From the human T2T-CHM13v2.0 reference genome, Homo sapiens, in the NCBI RefSeq assembly GCF_009914755.1, contig NC_060947.1: 64,000 bases of DNA. One strand, 5' to 3'. The position numbers and the translations under genes were made by a program. This document shows, piece by piece, positions 44,952 through 58,599 of the stretch. Under the pieces are notes generated by a model, which made no database searches, was not told the DNA's origin, and worked only from the letters and a program-made list of their open reading frames with translations. How positions within the stretch are numbered: the stretch's first letter is position 1; every line of letters begins with the position of its first letter.

Positions 44952-46495
44952 ATTTTGGCAAGAGTACCAAGACCATTCACAGGGTGGAAAGATAGTCTTT
45001 CCAACAAATGGTATTGGGAAAACTGGATCCACATGCAAAATAATGAAGTTGGAGCCAGCCTTACCTTATACCATACTCAAAAATTAATTCAAAATGGATC
45101 AAAGAACTAAATCTAAGACCTAAAACTATAAAACTCTTAGAAGGAAACATAGAGGAAAGTTTCATGATATTAGATTTCTCAATGATCTCTTGAATAGGAC
45201 ACCAAAAGCACAGGCAACAAAAGCAAAAACAGATAAATTGGACTGCATCAAAAGTAAACCTTCTGTGCCTCAAAAGAGTGAAATTTTTCTGTGCAATCAA
45301 CACAGTGAAAAGGCAACCTAAAGAGTGGGAGAAAATATTTGCAAATCACATATCCGATAAGTGGTTAATATCCAGAATATACAAGGAACTACAACTCAAC
45401 CACAAAATGCCAAATAATCCAATTAAAAATGGATTTGAATATTCATTTCTCCAAAGAAGATACACAAATGGCCAAAATGAGTATAATGCAAATAAAAACC
45501 ACAATAAGATATCACCTTATGCTCATCGGATGGCTGCTCTCCAAAAAAAAAAAAAAAAAAAAAACAAACAAAAAAACAGGAAATAACGTGTGGTGAGGAT
45601 GTGGAGAAATTGGAACCCTTGTGCACTGTTGGTGGGGATGTAAAATGGTGCAATTGCTACGGAAAACAGTATGGTGGGTGCCTCAAAAAGTTAAAAATAG
45701 AATTACCATATGATCCAGCAGTACCACATCTGGGTATACATCTAAAAGAATTGAAATCAGGATCTCAAAGAGATGTTTGTACACAGATGTTCACAGCAGC
45801 ATTATTCACTATAGTCAAAAAGTGTAAGCAACCCAAATGGCCATTGACGGATGGATGGTTAAACAAAATGTGGTATACACATACAATGAAATATTATTCA
45901 GCCTTAAAAAAGAAGGACATTCTGACACATGCTACGACATGGATGAATCTTGAGGATATTATGGTAAATGAAAGAGGCTAGTCACAAAAAGGCAAACACT
46001 GTATGGTTTCCTTTATATGACGCATCAAGAGAAATCAAACTCATAGAAACAGAAAGTAGGATGGTGGTTGCAAAATGTGAATATAATTAACATTACTGAA
46101 CTGTACATTCAAAATAGTTAAGATGACCGAGTGCACTGGCTCATGCCTGTAATCCTAGCACTTTGAGAGGCTGAGGTGGGAGAATCGTTTGAGGCCAGGA
46201 GTTGGAGATAAGCCTGGGTGACACAGTAAGACCTTGTCTTTACAAAAAATACAAAAATTAGCCCAGTGCAATGGTGTGCACCTGTAATCCTAGCTACTCG
46301 GGAGGCTGAAGTGGGTGGATCACTTGAGCCCAGGAGTTCAAGGCTGTGGTGAACCATGATTTTTGCCTCTGCACTCCAGCCAGAGTGACAGAGCAACACC
46401 CTGTCTCAAAAAAAAAAACAAAAACAAAAACAAAAACAAAAAAAAAAAAGATGGTAAATTTTAAATGTGTTTTATTGCAATTAAAAGTTTTTTAA
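44952..46495 (+). mobile_element. L1MB 3' portion (ORF2 end and 3' UTR) with nested AluJ (~46126-46449)
   Basis: ORF remnants WEKIFANHISDK and LKIELPYDPAV...TWMNLEDI. The Alu is flanked by aagatg. Confidence 0.92.
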
Positions 46496-47103
46496 AAATT
46501 TAAAATGTAAAATTAAAACATTTATCTCCTTTGATGTTTTAAACAACTCTGTGAGAGAGCTTTTTATTGTGTTCATTTTATAGAACAAACTCAGTTTTAG
46601 AAAGGCCAAGTCACTTGCTCAAGGTGACACGATTAGTCATGGGTGGAGATAAAATTTGAGCCCATTTCCTGTGCTTAACGTTCATGCTCTAAACTGTTAC
46701 CCAGCTTAGATAACCAGGTCTTCAAATGAATGAACAAAACCACCTCTTGCTGGGTTGAATCACTGCCGTTAAAGAGATCACGGAGCAACAAGTTTAGAGT
46801 ATGGGTACCAGTGTATATCAAGGGTGCTCATAAAGGGCTTATCTCTAATAATGACGACAGTCCCTCTACCCACCCCGCCAATGAGAAATGCATCTATGTG
46901 CGGAATCAGGATAAAAGTTTTGGGTTTTCTTTGTTTTTATTCCAATAACTTTATTTCCTTTTGCACCAAAGATATAACACTTTTAAACCCTGGTGGAGGT
47001 AGAGCCTAGATTTTTTTTTAAAGTAGAGTAGCTGCCTTAAAAGCCTGTTGTTGGCAGGGCAGAGTGGCAACTGAGGGCATGACTTCCTAAGACAAAGACC
47101 TTG

Positions 47104-47140
47104 AGTTCAGGTTAAATCACAAAGTTCAGGTTAAATCACA
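47104..47140. repeat. Short tandem duplication (19-bp period)
   Basis: agttcaggttaaatcaca x2, separated by one base. Confidence 0.92.
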
Positions 47141-47328
47141 GATTGCTTTCACTTAAATAAGGTAGTTGGTGGGTGTGAGCTGGACAGCGGTTCTCCCAGG
47201 GAAAGGAGAAAAAAATGGCAGATGCCCTGGCTGGATAATCATGGGGACTGTGTGGGGGTTATGACCTGTTGGAGCTACTGAAGCACTTCAGACTGAAGCT
47301 ACTGTGACATTAAAGAAAGCCATTCACA

Positions 47329-47632
47329 CCCGGGCACCGTGGCTTACACCTGTAATCCCAGCACTTTGGGAGGTTGAGGTGGGCGAATCACCTGAGGTCA
47401 GGAGTTCGAGAGCAGCCTGGCCAACATGGTGAAATCTCATCTCTACTAAAAATACAAAAAATTAGCCGGGCTTGGTGGTGTGCGCCTGTAATCCCAGGAG
47501 GCTGAGGCGGGAGAATCACTTGAACCGGGAGGCGGAGGTTGCAGTGAGCCGAGATCGTGCCATTGCACTCCAGCTTGGGCAACAAGAGCAAAACTCTGTC
47601 TCAAAAAAAAAAAAAAAAAAAAAGAAAAGAAA
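47329..47632 (+). mobile_element. AluS (Sq/Sp-like)
   Basis: Dimeric Alu with TSD aaagccattcacac. Confidence 0.96.
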
Positions 47633-48311
47633 AAGCCATTCACACAAAATTGTTGAGCAGAGCAAGGTTGATGGATGCTGTGCTTTAGGCCAAAGGAGAA
47701 ATACTGTCAGGCAGCCTGGGATCAGGCAGTGGGTGTCAAGAATGGAGTTGGGGAGAGATGGACCTGCTACTGGCTTAAGTGGGACCAAACAGGGACAGAA
47801 CTTGGGTCAAGTGAAGGAACATAGTTCTGCCATTCCTCTATAAGCTCACCAATACTGGGGTAACATGGAGGTGGTAGGTGGAGTTCACAATTGCACACGC
47901 AGGTTAGAGCTTCATTCCCAGAAGGCCTAAGTCTCTAGAAATTCTTTAGGGCCGTGAACTTGAGGATATAAAAATGGCTGGAAGAAGAATCTGAGTGTGT
48001 TGATAAAACAGCTTCTCTGTCAAATGTGATGCTTTTCAATAGGAAGAAAAACCTGGGCAGACTGTCCTCCCCTTAGCCTGTGAGCTATTTTCCTTACAAT
48101 TGCTTTTTCTGAAAGCAATGTAAGAAATGTTAAAAAGAATGCTAGAATCCACAGTGGTTTGGAATAAATGTTTTCAGGAGATAAGGCATCATTTGAGCAG
48201 ATTTATCACATGAAAAATCATATAGAGTACTTGGAATAGTAAGTTGAGGCTCTCCAGCCAAAGTACATGTGCCCATTGCCTTATAAATACTTCAGTTAAG
48301 GAAACTAAATT

Positions 48312-48634
48312 GGCCTAGGCACGGTGGCTCACACCTGTAATCCCAGCACTTTGGGAAGCCGAGGTGGGCGGATCACCTGAGGTCAGGAGTTTGAGACCAG
48401 CCTGGCCAACATAGCGAAACCCCAGCTCTACCAAAAATACAAAAATTAGCTGGGTATGGTGGTGGGCACCTGTAATCCCTCCTGCCCAGGCTGAGGCAGG
48501 AGAATCGCTTGAACCCAGAAGGCAGAGGCTGCAGTGAGCCAAGATCATGCCACTGCACTCCAGCCTGGTTGACAGCATGAGACTGTCTAAAAAAAAACAA
48601 AAAACAAAAAACAAAAACAAAAAACAACAACAAA
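48312..48634 (+). mobile_element. AluS
   Basis: Dimeric Alu with an A/C-rich tail. Confidence 0.95.
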
Positions 48635-49349
48635 GAAACCCATGAAACTAAGAAACTAAGTTAGTACTAGGCTTGTGGAAAAATCTACTAAACTGGAATG
48701 TTTAGAATTTATATACTTCTAAGACATAGGGAGTCATTTTTTTAGGCCTGGGGTTATTGGAAGTCATAAAACCCACCATTAAAATTCATTACATATCAAC
48801 ATACATACAAAGAATTATACCACCAAGTACTATGATCTCTTTTTATATCAGCCTTTAGATTGAGAGGAATAAATACTGCAGCTGGTCTGTAAGTTGAAAT
48901 TTCCTGAGTCATGAATTCTTCTCCTTCATGACCTGAGAGGTAGGACAAATGCAGAGGAGGGAGGCAGGGAGAGGCTCCTGGTTAAGTCATCATTTATGTC
49001 TAGAACACGGAGGCAGTTTTATTGTACCTTACCAGGCACTTGTGGGAAGCATTGACTCCTCTGAGAGACCAGGCGCTGAGGCTGTGCTGGAGAAAATGGT
49101 TGCAGGAGAATGATGGAAGGCGTCATAGCTCTCAGAAATGAAGGGATGGAACACATTTTGGCAAGGAAAAAACTGCTTTCTTTAGCAGGTTCCTCTATAA
49201 CTGGATTTTAAAGCTAATTTTCTTTCCCATATCCACTTTAGCTTCTGCTTGAATTCAAAAAAATTAACTCAATTTCAAGGTAATTTACTAATATTAGACT
49301 TTTTTACATTTACATAATTTATTTAATATGTCTTTCATTCTTTTTTTTT

Positions 49350-50500
49350 TTCTTTAGTGCCTACTGAGTTCCTAGCACAGTGCTCAGCACAGGATACACA
49401 TTGGATAACAAAACAGAGGAAGATAACTTCATCAAAGGATCACACCAAATAGATAAAGAATTACAACCTAAGAGAAGTACACTCAGGAAAGACACCATTG
49501 TGTATAAAATGGAAACTTAACCTAGAACTGGGGGTGTGACAGTGGGAGGTCAGGTAAGCCTTCTCCAGAGGAGGTGTGGACTAGGCCAAGGGTTGGGTGG
49601 GGAGTGAGGAAGTCCAAACGAAAAAAATAGCACATACAAAGGCCCTGGGGTTGGAAGATGCAAGGCATATGGTAGGAACTGAAAGAAGGCCTGTGGTGGC
49701 AGGAACAACGGGAGTGAGGAGAAAATTAACCCAAGATGAGATTGGGGGTATAGTGAGGATTTTGATCCTTTTGGAGAAGCCATTGATGGGTTTTAAACAG
49801 GGATTTACCATAATCAGATTTGCATATTGGAAAGATCACTTCAGCTGCAGTTTGGAGCACATACTGGAGGGGAGCCAGAGTGGATGGTGAGTAACCATTT
49901 AGGCTTTCGTGTGGTGGAGGGATGGTGATCGATGGTATGAGGGGGCTATGCTGGACGTTCTCCATCCCCCCTTCCCCAGTTTTGCTCTCCACCTTCTTCA
50001 TCCTGCTTTATGCCCTGGGAAGCTGAACTGTATGAACTACAGAAACAGCATTCTATGCCCTCTGGCTTCTGGCTGAGTTTGGCCAACGGGAAGCCCCTGT
50101 AGGAGAGAATGAGATCAGGGTATTTATTTCCCCAGTTCCTTTCCTCCTGGGCTGCCTCTGGCTGGCTGTGTCCTTCAACAAGAGATGTATTCCTCTCAAA
50201 TTTACCTTCTGCACACGGCTCTCTTCCCAGGCTCTAGTAACTGCTCCCTCCTCTGGTCCCGTCAGGACTGGGGGTGGTAAAAGCTTTGCTCTTGTTGCCA
50301 AGGGTTTCTATATGTTCTATTTGGTGTGGTTTCTCTGCACTCACACTTTTGTAAATAAACATTTTTACAATTCTCCTAATTTGAGTGTGTCACATGTTTC
50401 CTCTTGGTACCTTCAGTGGTATAGGTGGTGGCAGGGTATGAAGGGAAATGAACAGATTAGAGATGTAGTTAGGAGGTTAAGTTAGCAGATTTGCTGATCA
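49350..50500. mobile_element. L2 fragment interrupted by an LTR33-like LTR (~49910-50410)
   Basis: L2 text (gagaagccattgatgggttttaaacaggg; aaagatcact) resumes after a block with LTR33-like motifs (gccctctggcttctggctgagtttggccaa). Confidence 0.65.
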
Positions 50501-51249
50501 TTAAAAACATTATTTATAGGCATAAAAATATTAAAGTAATAGTACTTTTGTTTTTATTACTAACAAAATAGATGCCATGGACAATTAGCTGAGAATAATA
50601 ATATTTGTGTTCATTGTCATTTACAGGAATCATGATTTTCAAAAGCAGCAAGATTCTAATAGCAAAAGGGAGATGACAGTGATGGAAAAGTTGTATTTGG
50701 GAATTCCACTTCAACCCTCCTTTTTTTCCTTTTTAGTTTGCTTGTCTTCTCCTTCCATAAATCTGTTGTTGAATATCTTAACAGGAAAGTGAGTCATATA
50801 ACTTTAGATCCAAATTCTAGGCAAACACTTTCTCCAATTATTCTACCTGTTTTTCTAACACATATTCCCTGGTAGCATCCCCTGGGCTTTGCTCCTAAAC
50901 TCTTTCTAATCACAGAGAAATATAAGCAAATCTATTGCAAGGTCGCTTGTGATCTGCGCAACTCTTAAATGTTTGGTGTTGATTTTGCTTTCAGCTGGAT
51001 TGCACCTAAACCATACCAGAGTGGTAAATTAAACTCCCCCAGTGTTTAAGTTCCTTCTGAAGAAGACATCGCAATTTTCTTTGGTGAATTAAAATGCCTA
51101 ATGATGTTACAAATCTATGCCTCTTCCTGATTTCTGTGGAGATTAAGACTAGCTTGCCATTATACGATGAATAAAAAATGTTCATTTGCTTGAAAACTTG
51201 ATCTTTCCAGAATTATCTGCTCCATTTCCTTGAGTTAACCTTTAGCTTC

Positions 51250-51750
51250 TGTAATGGTTTCCTATTGCTGTGGTAACAAATTACCACAAATTTAGTGTCT
51301 TAAAACAACATACTTTTTTTTTCTCTCCCAGTTCTAGAGGTCAGAGGTCCTCAAATGAGTTGGCAAGGAGGTGCTTCTTTTGGAGGTTCTAGGGAACAAT
51401 CTGTTTCCTTGACTTCTGCATTGTTTGCTCATGGCCCTGTCCTCTATCTTGAAAGCCAACAGTGTAGCATCTTCTTTCCCTCTCTCTCTCTCTGTTTCTC
51501 TGTCTCTCCTTCCATTACCATATTGCCTATTGTCTTCTGTGTCTGTGACCCTCCTGCCTCCCCCTTATAAACCTCTTGTGATTACATGGGGCCCACCCAG
51601 ATAATCCAGGATAGTCTCCCCATTTCAAGATCTTTACCTTAATCACATCTGCAAAGTCCCTTTTGCCACATAAGGTAACATCTTCACAGGTTCCTGGGAT
51701 AAGGACATGGACATCTTGGTGGGGAGAAGGCATTATTTGACTTACCCCAG
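51250..51750 (-). mobile_element. MLT1C-like solo LTR
   Basis: taacaaattaccacaaatttagtg...ccagataatccagg...aatcacatctgcaaagtccc. Confidence 0.88.
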
Positions 51751-52070
51751 CATCATTCCTATTTGTCTATTCTAAACATACATCATTTTCCCAAATTCAC
51801 CTCATTTGCTCCTATTGCATAAGTGTTCTGCTACTACCTCTCCATGTATCAAAATCTTCCTTCAATTCAATGGCAATTGAACAAATATTTTCCGAGTATA
51901 GTGCTAGATTTGGAGGTGCAGTGGTGAACAAGACACTGCTAATATGTTCATTCCCTCTGAAACCTCCCCATTGTGCTTATTCTTGGCGGGGAGCGCTAAG
52001 GATGGGAGTGAGCTCTGGGTTTTAATACACATCTCATCTTCAAGTTCTCACCACCCTAATCATCTCAGCA

Positions 52071-52243
52071 TTTTTTTTTTAATTTTACAGAGAGAGAAAG
52101 AGACAAGGTCTACCTCCATTGCCCAGGCTGTAGTGCAGTGGGATGATCATAGCTCACTGTAACCTCGAACTGCTGGGCTCAAATGATCTTCCCACCTGAG
52201 TCTGCTGAGGACTTCAGGCATCTGCCACTGCACCCTGACTAAT
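52071..52243 (-). mobile_element. Old Alu monomer (FRAM/AluJ arm)
   Basis: gcccaggctgtagtgcagtgg...gggctcaaatgatc. Confidence 0.75.
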
Positions 52244-52621
52244 TAGAATTCGTATGGGTCTTCCTTTCCTCATCCCCTTTAGTTTTGGAACCTGGTACAA
52301 GACATACTTCTCTAGTAATGTTTTTAAATGTTTCAGGAAACAATCAAAGAAAGATTAATCAATGATATGATTAATAATATCTTTGCAGTCACAGAGGGGG
52401 CGTGAGGAAGGTATATTTCTGGGTGATTTTTTTATGCTTTATGTACTTGCCAAATATTCTACAATAAACATAGTTATCTAATTTAAAAAATACAAAATAA
52501 AAACACAAAATATTTTCAGTTTCCAGATCTTAAAATTCAAATTTCCTAAAAACGATTAACACCAGATTTTTCATAGACCCAGAAAACAGACCTGCTCCAT
52601 AGTTTAAGCAATTGTTTATAA

Positions 52622-52790
52622 TCCGGACAGACCACATAATTTGTGGGGTCCATTGTAAAATGAAACCTTGCTAAAAAATTATTAAGAATTTCAAGTCAGC
52701 AACAGCAGAGCATTAAATGAAGTGCGGGCCCCTTCTAATTGTAGAGTCTTGTTCGACTGCATAGGTGGTCTGCCTCAGAAACCAGCCCTG
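52622..52790 (-). mobile_element. MER45A-like hAT fossil
   Basis: aattattaagaatttcaag...cagcagagcattaaa...gggccccttct...ccagccctg. Confidence 0.7.
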
Positions 52791-53022
52791 GTTATATTTA
52801 TTGTCACACATAGATACAATGTTTTATTCATTATGTTAGGCAAAATCTGAGAGCTGGAACTAAGTTTTGCAAATTTCAGTGATGAGAAACAAACTACCTG
52901 TGGTGATAATTACCTTTGCTAATTTTTGGTATTTTCCTCTTCTTTGTACTGTTTTGATAATAATTACTAGTTTGGCTGTGTCTACCTGACACCAAAATTC
53001 ATAAAAAATGTGAAACATTCGG

Positions 53023-53357
<335 letters not shown>

Positions 53358-53787
53358 TCAATTAGTTACCTGGATCTTTCCCCAGAGCTAGATATTTCAT
53401 ATTATGCAACAAACAAATGGGTGCTCAACCTTCAATAACTAGACTCAACCTCAGGGTACTGCCTCCTACCAAGCCTGCCATTAGAAGATTGGAATGTTTT
53501 CTTCAACTAACAAGCACCTTGGCCATCAAGTTAGTGGTTAAAATATGAGCCCCTAAGACTGCTGAAGTTTCTTTCTGGCTCTGTGTTTAAATGACTTTGA
53601 ATAGCTTATTTCATCCTGCTGTGAAAGGGAAATAATTAAATTCTTCAAAGTCCCAATCCAGAGAGGAACCAAATGAAGCCAATGCTTAGAGAGTCTCAGA
53701 TCAAATATGCTGTGAAAATACAAATCTTCCTCCACTTCTTCAGCCCTGGCTACTTTTTAGCTGAGGGGTCACTTCTCTCTAGAAGCC

Positions 53788-54086
53788 TTTTTTTTTTTTT
53801 TTTTTTGAGATGAGTCTCGCTCTGTCGCCCAGGCTGGAGTGCAACGGCGCAATCTCTGCTCACTGAAAGCTCCGCCTCCCGGGTTCACGCCATTCTCTTG
53901 CCTCAGCCTCCTGAGTAGCTGGGATTACAGGCGCCCGCCACCACGTCCTGCTAATTTTTTGTATTTTTAGTGGAGACGGGGTTTCACCGTGTTAGCCAGG
54001 ATGGTCTCGATCTCCTGACCTCGTGATCTGCCTGCCTCGGCCTCCCAAAGTGCTGGGATTACAGGCATGAGCCACTGCACCCAGCC
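53788..54086 (-). mobile_element. AluY
   Basis: gggttcacgccattctc diagnostic and TSD tagaagcc. Confidence 0.96.
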
Positions 54087-54220
54087 TAGAAGCCATTTTT
54101 TGATCCCCTCTCTGGCCCAGACTCTGCTCTGTATTTCTATAGCAACCTACACACACTCTGTCATAGCTTTCCCCATATTGTGATTAGAATTACATTTGCG
54201 TTATGTCCTTCCCACCAGAC

Positions 54221-54570
54221 TATGGCAGACACAGTGATGCACTGCCCAGATCCTCCTTTGAGGGAGGACTTGCTGTCCAGTTGCAGGGAGGGTGGCTAGC
54301 TCCTTCAGGGTCTGTTTCTGCTGTGGCATTCCCTTGCCCTAGGTCCCTTCCGAGGCAGCCCACAATCAATGACTGATCAAGCTGCTGGCGTTCAGCCTCA
54401 CCCAGTTCAGATTCGGAACAACTTCGATGAACAATTCTTGCTTCAGAGCTCCCTGCTGGGTTGAGAGAGACTGTCAGACTTGGATTGCACTTCAACTTCT
54501 CTCTCGGCTCAATCCCACTCTCCCCATGTTCCTTTCACAGGTGTTGATCACTAACAACCAAACCTTGTTA
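54221..54570. mobile_element. ERVL-class LTR (LTR40/LTR16-like)
   Basis: ggcagacacagtgatgcactgcccagatcc...cagagctccc...cacaggtgttgatc. Confidence 0.55.
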
Positions 54571-55619
54571 CGGCCACAGTACACACCCAATAAATGCTAG
54601 TTGAACTGAACGGTTTACTATGGACTTAAGACAGTATTATTCTTGATTTTCTCTCCCCCTGTCACAGAGCATCATATGACAAAAATCATTGTGAAGATTT
54701 TTAACATTGTTAAACATACAACCAATAAAGAAAAATGTAATAAAGTGGTACTGAAATATCTTTAAACAAATTATTCAGCCAATATAATCTTTATGTGTTA
54801 TCTGTATAATTTTTGACATGATAACATCAGCATTTTAATATAGTATCAGACTTTGTCAGTCTCTTTATAGACTGTTAAAGCAGTGCCTTTGTTTAAGCCT
54901 TGGGAAAATGTTTATTTGTTGGTAGAAATGAAGGCGATCCCCAAAGTGCCTTTTTAATATGAAGAATGCAGCATGAATTCTTAGCTGTGGGTTTTCTTTG
55001 TAATACATTTTTGTTTGTTTGTTTGTTTTTGAAAAAGATGCTTTAGAAATCAGTTTGGAGGATCTGAAGGAAGCAATGGAGAAAAGAAATAAACAAGTTG
55101 TGAGCAACGTCAAGAGACTGTGAGTGACGTTACAGCTGCTATATCAGTTCCCACGGCATTTAGGTTAGGGAATAAAATTGAAGGGAAAATCAAAAGAAAA
55201 GAAAGCAAGTGCCAAACAACATCCCTACAACCACCCTCCTGAAGACACTTCTCTTAAAGCCACAAAAATTTACCTACCCAATAATTTAACATCATACCAA
55301 GTACAGCAGGTTTGATTTCCAATTAATAGACAGTAAATTAATCCAAATGCCATGTGTTTGCAGCTTAAAAGATGCCAGAAGTAGAGGGAGAGGGGTATTA
55401 AAGTGCACAAGAGTAAGAAGAGGCAAATTGGGGTAAGACTAAATTTGTGAGAACACAACAGGATCTGATACATAGGTTGTCTATTCAAAAAAGCAAGTTT
55501 ATCAGTTTGTAAAATAATCTCCATTTCTTCCTTTGAAAACAATAGAAATTTTGATAAAGCAAAATATTATCATTTTCAAATCCTTTACAAGTGTTTGTTC
55601 AAAACAATGTTTCGGTCAA

Positions 55620-55985
55620 CACTGTAGAGACAGTAAAAAGATCAATGGTTTCAGGGATGGGAGGAGCGAAGGAAAAGATGATTGGTGGGCACAGAGGATT
55701 TTTAGGGCAGTGAAACTATTCTGTATGATCCTGTAATGGTGGACACAGCCATTATACATTTGGCAAAACCCATAGAATATACAAAACCACGAGTGAACCC
55801 TAATGTAAACCATGGACTTTAGTAAATAATAATGTACCAATATTGATTCATCAGTTGCAACAAATGTACCACACTAATGCAAGATAGGGGAAATGGAAGG
55901 GGAAGAGAGGGAGTATATAGTATCTCTCTGTACTTTCTGCTCAATTTTCCTTTAACTGTTCTAAAAATAAAAACCAATTAATTTA
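55620..55985 (+). mobile_element. L1MC-type 3' end
   Basis: gatttttagggcagtgaaactattctgtatga...gagtgaaccctaatgtaaac. Confidence 0.82.
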
Positions 55986-56039
55986 AAAATAAACAAACCC
56001 TGTTTCTGTCTATGTTAATGACTGCTAAAATGGATAGGA

Positions 56040-56490
56040 ACAGTTTTTTTTTTGTTTGCCAAGAGCTCCTTCTTCCATACTTCTGCTGGTAGCCAGACCC
56101 CTTTACCCATCTCAGTAAGTGGGTAAGTGACCCAGACCTGGACACTTTTCTTTGGTCACAAGAATTGGTCCAGATCATATGAGTCAAAGGCAGACCTCTC
56201 AGAGACCTTCCTTGGGATTTTTCAAACGAGCTGGGAGAAAGGAGTAAGTCCTCTTTCTACCAGCTGCCTGCCTGCAATTCCATGCCCCAAAACCTGATGA
56301 ATGTTTCAAAAAACAAAGCAGAGTGAAGCAATGGGCAGAAAGACAGTGTCCAAAGTCCCAGCATCCAGTCACCTGAGGCCAGCTTACCCACGTTCTTTGT
56401 TTGGTTCCATAGCCCAATATAAACCCCTTTCTGCTTAAGCTTGTTTGAATTGGGTTTCTGTCCGTTGCAAGCAAAAGAAAACTAACTAAT
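56040..56490. mobile_element. Old MLT1 LTR
   Basis: Ends cttaagcttgtttgaattgggtttctgtccgttgcaa...actaat. Confidence 0.62.
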
Positions 56491-56497
56491 GCATGAT

Positions 56498-56645
56498 GGG
56501 TTTAATGCCTAGGTGATGGGTTGATAAGTGCAACAAACCACTATGGCACATGTTTACCTACGTAACAAACCTGCACATCCTGCACATGTACCCTGGAACT
56601 TAAAATAAAAATAACAATTTAAAAAAAGAAAAAAGAAAAACAAAA
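56498..56645 (+). mobile_element. Short L1PA 3' end
   Basis: cctaggtgatgggttgata...cacatgtaccctggaacttaaaataaaa followed by an A-tail. Confidence 0.88.
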
Positions 56646-56929
56646 TTTTTGTTTCTTTCATGTTGAGCAAGTAGCCATTTATTTATTGGACACTTACTAT
56701 GTGCCAGGCACTTGCTGCATGATAGTTCTTATGGTTTTCACAGGAAATTTATGAGGGAGCTCAATTGTATATGTGATGAAATGGGAGCTCTGCGGGATTA
56801 GGGAATGTGCTAAACATTGCATACTAATAAGAGGCAGGATTTGAACCCCAGTCTGACTCAATCCAAAGCCGATACTCATAACCAGCATGCAAAATGTGTA
56901 CAACAAACCTTTATTGTCTACTGAAGCAA

Positions 56930-57102
56930 AGTTTATTCAACCTGGGCCATACCTATTAGAATCACTTTGAACCCACAAGCTTTGTTCTCAATCTGGATTC
57001 AAAGCTCCACTCTAATATTTACTATTAGTTTCAGTCGGATAAAATTGTTGATATTTGACCATTTTGACCTGCAGAAACAACAGTTTCATTTAGTTCAACC
57101 TA
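56930..57102. mobile_element. Mariner-family fossil (MARNA/MADE2-like)
   Basis: atatttgaccattttgacct...tttcatttagttcaaccta terminus. Confidence 0.55.
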
Positions 57103-57174
57103 GCAGCTATGTGGTGTGGTGTGCGTTACCTATCCACTTAGAGTCTCAGTTTCTTAACCTATTACATGGTGATG

Positions 57175-57645
57175 TTGTAGCCTAAGAAGAACCCTGAGAT
57201 AAACATTTGGTCAGTAGGCTCCGAGACAAAGATTTACGTATAATTATTTTGTTTTGGAGAATTTTGCAGGAAACCCAGTGAAGGAGTGGGGAAAGTGAGA
57301 TAAGGAAAGGAGAAAGCCAGCAGAGGATATGTTGATGAGCAGGTGACTGCTATGGTCAACTGGGGTTCAATCTTACTGGGGACATTCTGAGGGACTGTGT
57401 AGCACGCACCTTGAAAACATTGCCAATGAAAGCCAAGGAAGCTGGGGTATTTATCCACCATCCCTTGTCACTCACTGGCTGAGGGGCACTTCCAGCCCAC
57501 ACCTCCTGCAAGTCTGGAAGGTTCCTGTACCCAGGGAATGTCCCCAGGCAAAGAGATGCAGGAAGCAGAGCCTGTACTGGAATTTTCTGTAGGTCACCTC
57601 TGAGGTGGGTCATGGGATATGAACAGGGCACTGACAGTAACTACT
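57175..57645. mobile_element. ERVL-class LTR
   Basis: gagtggggaaagtgagataaggaaagg...gaagctggggtatttatccacc. Confidence 0.55.
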
Positions 57646-57809
57646 CTAGAGGATGCTATTGTCCAGTTTGTGGAATTTTTGGTAAGGGCGAAGTATATAT
57701 AATATATAGTTGTCAAAATAGCCAATCAATTTAGTTGGAGGGTAAGGGCCAGATTAAATAAAAAGATTCTATGATGTCTCACGGATTTGGAAACTCAGTG
57801 GTTTGATTT

Positions 57810-58305
57810 CTAGGTATTTTATCTGCACAAATAAGCATACCTATGTTATGAATATCCAGCCTCCCCTTTGTTTTACACATATGGGATCATACTGAACATA
57901 CTGTTTTGCAATTTGGTGTTTTTTTTTAAAAAATATATCTTGGACTTTTTCTCTGTCAGCCCATATGGCTATATCTCATTCCTTTTAATGCCTACATGCT
58001 ATGCGCAGCATTTCATTCTATGGTTTTACTATAATGTATTTAATCTTTACACTGTTGATAGTTAACTTATATTCTAGTTTGTCACTATTACAAAGAATGT
58101 TGCAATAGAAATCTTACATATATATATTGTTGTACCCTTATGCAGGTATGTCTGTAAGATAAATTCCTACTAGTGTATTTGTTGGGTCCAAAAATATGTA
58201 CATTTAACATTTTGACAAATATTGACAAATTGGCCTCCAAGAAGCTTGCTCCTGTTTGCACGCTCACTAACAGTGTGCAAATTGCTATTTCCTCACACAT
58301 TTGGC
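57810..58305 (-). mobile_element. L1ME fragment
   Basis: tctgtaagataaattcctac...gggtccaaaaatatg...tgacaaattggcctcca. Confidence 0.72.
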
Positions 58306-58599
58306 CGTGCTGCTTAGGGTTTTAGATGCTATTTTTGGAGGAGAGCACATTTGGAAAGAATCTTCAAATTGTGTGATGAGCTTTTGCTGTTTAAATATTG
58401 CACCAATAATAATAATAACGGATGGGATAAATCATTTGTTGATTCATTCAACCAATATGTTTTAGGAACTACACGTAACAGCATGGTGCAAAAGGTTGGG
58501 GCTTGGAGGCCAGCAATCATGTTGTTAAGGATTTATAAATTCAGTTATAGTCACTACTTCAGTGGCAAATTGGAGTGTACAATGAGAGAGGGTAATGGT

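Noticed and set aside
45278-45981. 102- and 126-aa ORFs
   Set aside because: L1 ORF2 C-terminal remnants.
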